NCBI GenBank assembly: GCA_030141605.1
Contig: JAQGDQ010000066.1
Coordinates: forward strand, 124,001-188,000
Direction of reading: 5' to 3'
DNA length: 64,000 nucleotides
Source: Tubiluchus corallicola
Taxonomy: Eukaryota > Animalia > Priapulida
Notes under the pieces: generated by a model
Database searches by the model: none
Seen by the model: only the letters and a program-made list of their open reading frames with translations
What the model was told of the DNA's origin: nothing
In this document: positions 37,624 to 64,000 of the stretch, one piece after another
How the letters are laid out: the number at the start of each line of letters is the position of its first letter
Numbering within the stretch: position 1 is the stretch's first letter
Translations under genes and position numbers: made by a program

Positions 37624-39601
37624 GTTGCCTGTAGAGCTGCAAAATTTTTTTATTTGTTCATTTGACTGATATCACATTGAATAATAAGCCAAAATACTTA
37701 ACTTATTAATAATTAGAAGATGACACAAAAAACATGCGAGCAGTTTTTTTTAGATATTTTGCAAAATTTTATTGTAGGCCTAATTTAAAATGCATCTGTA
37801 ATAATACCAATTCTTAATAATAATTAGTATTAACAATTTATGAGCAAAAAATATAGACTCAACTACAATGCCATAATAGCATTTCGATGATTACCAAATT
37901 TTCTGTGGTGTCAATTAATTGACAAAAACAAGCATATAGTTAGAAGTTCTGACGACTAATGTCCCATTAAGTTAAAATTACATCATATAGTAAGGTAAAG
38001 TCCTAATCTTTCGAAACCCCAAAACTGTCAGCAAATACATTTTCATACTTGTATTATACAAAAGATATGGAACAACTTACAAAACTTCAGAGGAAACTAG
38101 TAAATTTAAAAGTGCAATGAGAGTGACATTGCTTAGTGCCAACCACAGTTTAGAGGTTATATGTAAGCCGAAATTAAAATAGAGTTGTGCCCAGCTATCA
38201 TAACTACTAGGCTAAAGAAAAGTTTTGTTACACACACTAGTAAAAAAAAGTAGTATGCAAATTAGAATACAAGAATTCAATTAAATTTATTGCTCAAATA
38301 CATATAATGTAGAATGGCAAAACACAATACAGTACATATATGTCAAATAGTGCATACATATAAAATTAATTCATATAAGCTTTGTGCAAAAGGTTATTTT
38401 GTGTGACACTAATAACAATTAACATTTTTGCTATAACTTGCATTAACATAGATAAGTTAGCCAGCTTGTTGGGAGCCGTTTGGACCACTGCGCCAAGTAG
38501 ACCAATTGGTCTACATGGGCTGCCCAAGTAGGACACTAGAGACAGGTCGTGAATTCAGTCGTTAAGTGTACTGACACCGTCCGTTGTGCTTGTTTATGTA
38601 ATAATAATAATTAAAAACGTTATTACACGTTGAATAATTTATTATACATCTAATAAAATAAAAGAATTTTATTCTGAGCTGGTAGAACGGACAATATTAA
38701 ATTTGGTTTCGATATTAATGTTGTTGAAGTGAAAAAACCCCACTTTTTTGCGAATTCAACATTTGTTTAAGGTATATCATTTTTGATTTTGTCTCACTTC
38801 ACAAACAGGTGATCCGTTTCACTACCTCTTGGGCAAATAATTGTTTTCTTATAAGTAAACGTTCTAGCGATCTATGTGTCCTACATGGGCTGGCGAGCCA
38901 TGTAGGACAGTGCCCTACATGTTACAATACTACTGATAATATTAAAACTAATTATCCTTGCGTTTCTTAAATGTTAAAAATTACTTTTTGGTGTTGTGAA
39001 GGCTTAGCAGCATCTGTCTCATTTTTAAATTTGCAATTATTTCTGTAATAACTGTGTGCAGAATTTCTCTCTTTAAAGCATTAGATACTAGGTTTAATGT
39101 TATGATATATTAATGGAGTTAATCATAATGATGAAATTATTGTAAGAAATGCATTTGTAAATTGCCAAGGAATATCCATTTCTAAAAGAAATTTTGTTTT
39201 ATGCTTTATTATGTCATAACAATACTTATAAACAATGGTAATATAAACTGGAAACAAGTTTTGCCAGAGCAAGTTTCTCGACAAAAATCGCAGAAATACG
39301 ACAAATACCACTTAGCATTTCATGTAGTTACTTAGCAGCGCGATACTAATTAGTAAACTACTAAAATAATTATAACAATTTAAATTTTTATTTTGTTTTT
39401 TTACACTAACATACATTTTTGCAAAAGGCCTACATTTCGCATTCTGCAATAGCGGATCTTTTTGGGGAAATATTATTCTATGTTAAATTTTAGCAAGTTT
39501 AGTGCACCAACTTCATCGTTAGTTCCTACATTCTCTTCTACACTGTCACTGGAAGAGGCTTCTATAGTTTCATATCATAATAATTGTTATTATGCGTTCA
39601 T

Positions 39602-40061
39602 TACAGGTGAGCACCGAACGTTCGAGTTCAAACATTCGAATCGAATTCGAACGTTCGAATTCGATTCAAGCGACTTTTTTAGCTTGAATTCGATTGGAAC
39701 CTAAAACTATAGATTTTAATAATTCAGCACTTCAATCACATACGTTCTTTTTCAATAAAACGGTTGAAACATCATGCAATCAGCATAATTCAGTTGTGAT
39801 TTCCATGCACAATTTTAAACAAATTATTAGTGGTTTTACTGCAGAACAAAATCGAGTTACATGCATGATATTTGTAAGACTAATTTTTATTGGTGGTTCA
39901 AAAACTTGTTCGAAAATCTTTCATCTCAATTCGAATTTGATGTGAATTCGAAACACTGAAGTTAGGTCATACTGAAGAAACAATGAAATACTGAAGAAAC
40001 TGGAAAGTCACAAATTCGATTCGATTCAAATTCACTTTCTGGTAGAGAATGCCCACCCCTA
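39602..40061. mobile_element. hAT-like MITE with TTCGA-rich subterminal repeats, copy 1
   Basis: Ends TACAGGTGAGCA and TGCCCACCCCTA; dense TTCGA(A/T) repeats near both ends; homologous to 40655-41053. Confidence 0.65.
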
Positions 40062-40654
40062 GTATTTATTCGATGAAGGAGGTAACACGTCAACGTTTTG
40101 CTGCAAAGCGCTTCAGTCAGTCCTTAGCCGCTTTCTAAGATGAGGTATCTTTCAGAATTACAGACATTCCAATGAGATCTTATTGCATGAAATCCACCAT
40201 TGTATAAGTAATCTGGCACCTCTTTGTTTTTGCAATTGTGAGTTGATTTAGGGAAAGCTTTTATAAGTGGATTATTTTTTGGTAATCTCAGAGCATAAAC
40301 CACATTAATAAGTCTTTTATGTTTAATCTTTCTGATCTATTTTTCTTCTTTGATTTTATTGTACAAAATGAAGTTTCTGTTGTTTATAACTTTTGACCAT
40401 TTTATCTACATTCTCTAGTAACCTTCAGTTGATTATTTACATTTAAGATCCACAGTTCTGAATTATTATAGAAAGACGGATGATACAAAAGTATTTAAGA
40501 TCCCGATTACTTTGCAGTTTAAGCTGACAACGTCATTTGTTATTGTTATTGGAGATATTCTAAGTTTTGAGAATGCTGGTGGTAGCCCAGTAGCAGTATT
40601 TTTTCTTTTTGTATTTTTAATTTCTGTAGTTACCTGTAGTCCTATAACACTCAT

Positions 40655-41053
40655 TAGAGGTGAGCATATTGAGCAGTCGAATTCGATTCGAATGAGTTCT
40701 AGCTTTTTTGGTTCGAATTAGATTCATATCTAAAATGATAGATTTGAATACTTCAGGAAGTCAATTATGTACATTCTTTATCACTGAAATGCTTGAAAAA
40801 GCATACAAACAGTGCAATTTGGCTGTGCACAATTTTTAAAAAAATTATTAGTATTTTTATTGCAAAGTAAAATCATGTAATATATGTGTAATCTCCGTGA
40901 GATCGCTTTTTATTGACGTTTCGAAAATCTTCACAACTGAATTTGACTTCGACTCCGAATCGATATCTCGATATTCGGTTTGATTCGTGTTCAAAACTCA
41001 CAAATTTGATTTGATTTGAATTCGTTTTCTGGCAGAGAATGCGCTCATCCCTG
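40655..41053. mobile_element. hAT-like MITE with TTCGA-rich subterminal repeats, copy 2 (a partial third fragment follows at ~41075-41200)
   Basis: Ends TAGAGGTGAGCATATT and AATGCGCTCATCCCTG; shares TGCACAATTTT..AAA..ATTATTAGT and CACAAATT.GATT.GATT.....TTTCTGG.AGAGAATGC with copy 1. Confidence 0.65.
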
Positions 41054-41619
41054 CCATAAAAACGTTTACTCAATTAAGCTGTGATTTCTGCACATAATTT
41101 TTAAACAAACTGTTTAATGTTTTTACTGCAGAATAGAAAATCATGTAATAAGAGTGATCGCTGTGAGACCACTTTTCATTAATGTTTCAAAAATCTTGAT
41201 GTACATTATATCATTGAAAGAAGTTTTTAATTCTAACTGTCTTCTATAACATCGATATGGGCTAGCTAAGAATAGAGCACTAAATAATATTTTTTTGTAA
41301 TAAAATTAAAGTTCTTATCATTTTGACTAGAGTTATTATAAAATAAAAGCATGTTAAAATTCTCAATTATTAGTTTTATCTCCACATATGTTTGGCTATT
41401 GTGAAAAACTCATTCTAAGCAAAAACAACAAATCAAAAATGTGTAAAGTGCTTTTATTAATTAAAAGTAATAAAAAGTGAATTATTAATATTTTTGCTCA
41501 TGGACGTTGGACAGACGTGTATCCCTGCTGTAAAATTCAGATTGTCAAACGTTTTTATTGTTATAAAAGTTGTAACAGGAGTTAACGAAACTAAATGTTA
41601 CTAATTAGGGCATAATGTC

Positions 41620-41930
41620 GGAAGTGGCGATAGCGTGAAACTTGGCCTTTTGACTGTTATACATGTATTGTCGTTGTTGATTTAATGTCCATTTCTTGAT
41701 TAGTGAAACACATATGGTTGGTGTACCTGTTATTGTTATTTTTCTGCTACACATATCTGCTGCACACGAAATCTACTGGAAATATCATTAAGATTATATT
41801 GATGACGAGACCAGCGCCGAATGCGTTATTACTGTTGATGCTGCTAATTGTAACTTTCACGGCTTGAAGATGCGGGCGCTCTCAGAAATCGCCGTATAAT
41901 AATTATGTCCTCAGGGTCCTGAAAGGTGAG
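41620..41930 (+). promoter_or_regulatory. Probable MAGI promoter and non-coding first exon
   Basis: CpG-enriched patch ending in a strong donor AAG|GTGAGA at 41926. An acceptor TTTCTCAG at ~42584 precedes the ATG at 42616. Confidence 0.5.
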
Positions 41931-42615
41931 AGTCGAAGCGAAACCACGCTTTTTAATCATCTGTTATTATATTTTTAACAAAGATTTCCTGTGATCGCCT
42001 TGATGCTGCGAGCAATTTGCCATAAAATCTGAAAATTTTTAATTTTTCTGAAGTGCAGCCAAATAATTTAGTCGGGTGATTTTGTAGATTGTGTTATTTA
42101 ATTGTCATGTTATGTTGGCTCTTTATTTATTTAATTGTCTAACGGGATCGTGTTTAAATGTACTTATGTTTTTTGCCTCATAATTTTGTGTAGGCCTACT
42201 TGACTACTTCAATGTTAAATCTAAAAAATTAAAAAATAATAGTTCTGTTAGTTAAAGCAGTAAGTAATTTATGCATTTGTTCTTTGTTTGCTAAAATTTT
42301 GGCTGCTATTCGCCCTAGCTACTGTTTAGAAGATTAAAAAAAATTAACAAGGTATTGACGTTGCCATAAATTTTATGTAAGATGTCAAAGTTTCACTTTA
42401 AAAATGATTATTCTGCAAGTAATCATAATGCACCTTGTATAAGGCATTGTACGCACTATCCCAAGAATGAGCTTTCCAATTATAACTTCATTAACAATAA
42501 TTATCCTTGTTTTCTTTAGAAGACCAATTACGAATACTATAAAGAGAAGCAGCAGAATTAAATCATGCTTTACTTCTTTTCTCAGGCTGAATAAAAATGG
42601 TTCGTTGTTTGGATC

Positions 42616-63811
<21,196 letters not shown>

Positions 63812-63942
63812 GTATGTGCTTTTTTATTTCATAATCTATATTTTGATGGCATGCATATTTAATACATCTGTTTTTTTTGAAAAATGTAAGTCCCGTTCTT
63901 GACCAGCAAATTTATACTTGAATTACTCCCGATTTACTATCT

Positions 63943-63974
<32 letters not shown>

Positions 63975-64000
63975 TATTTAAAAAAATGCATTTTAATATT

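Overview
AT-rich, intron-rich animal genomic DNA, probably from an invertebrate (a tunicate-like chordate is my guess; the sequence alone cannot establish it). I reconstructed exons by hand, with GT-AG boundaries and consistent phases, for four protein-coding genes: (1) the 3' part of urocanate hydratase UROC1 (+, 7 coding exons, 1758-20759); (2) a Toll-like receptor with an intronless CDS (+, 10381-12951) nested on the SAME strand inside a 14-kb UROC1 intron; (3) a complete CFAP20DC/C3orf67 gene (-, 18 coding exons, ~784 aa) with RFX X-box motifs; (4) the 5' part of a MAGI scaffold gene (+, 11 coding exons, PDZ0-GuK-WW-WW-PDZ1-PDZ2-start of PDZ3), head-to-head with CFAP20DC. Introns and intergenic DNA hold pogo-like, Tc1-like and hAT-like MITEs, LINE fragments, satellites, local duplications and two hairpins. 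The most notable structure is the same-strand TLR-in-UROC1 nesting. There is no CRISPR array, rRNA or convincing tRNA.
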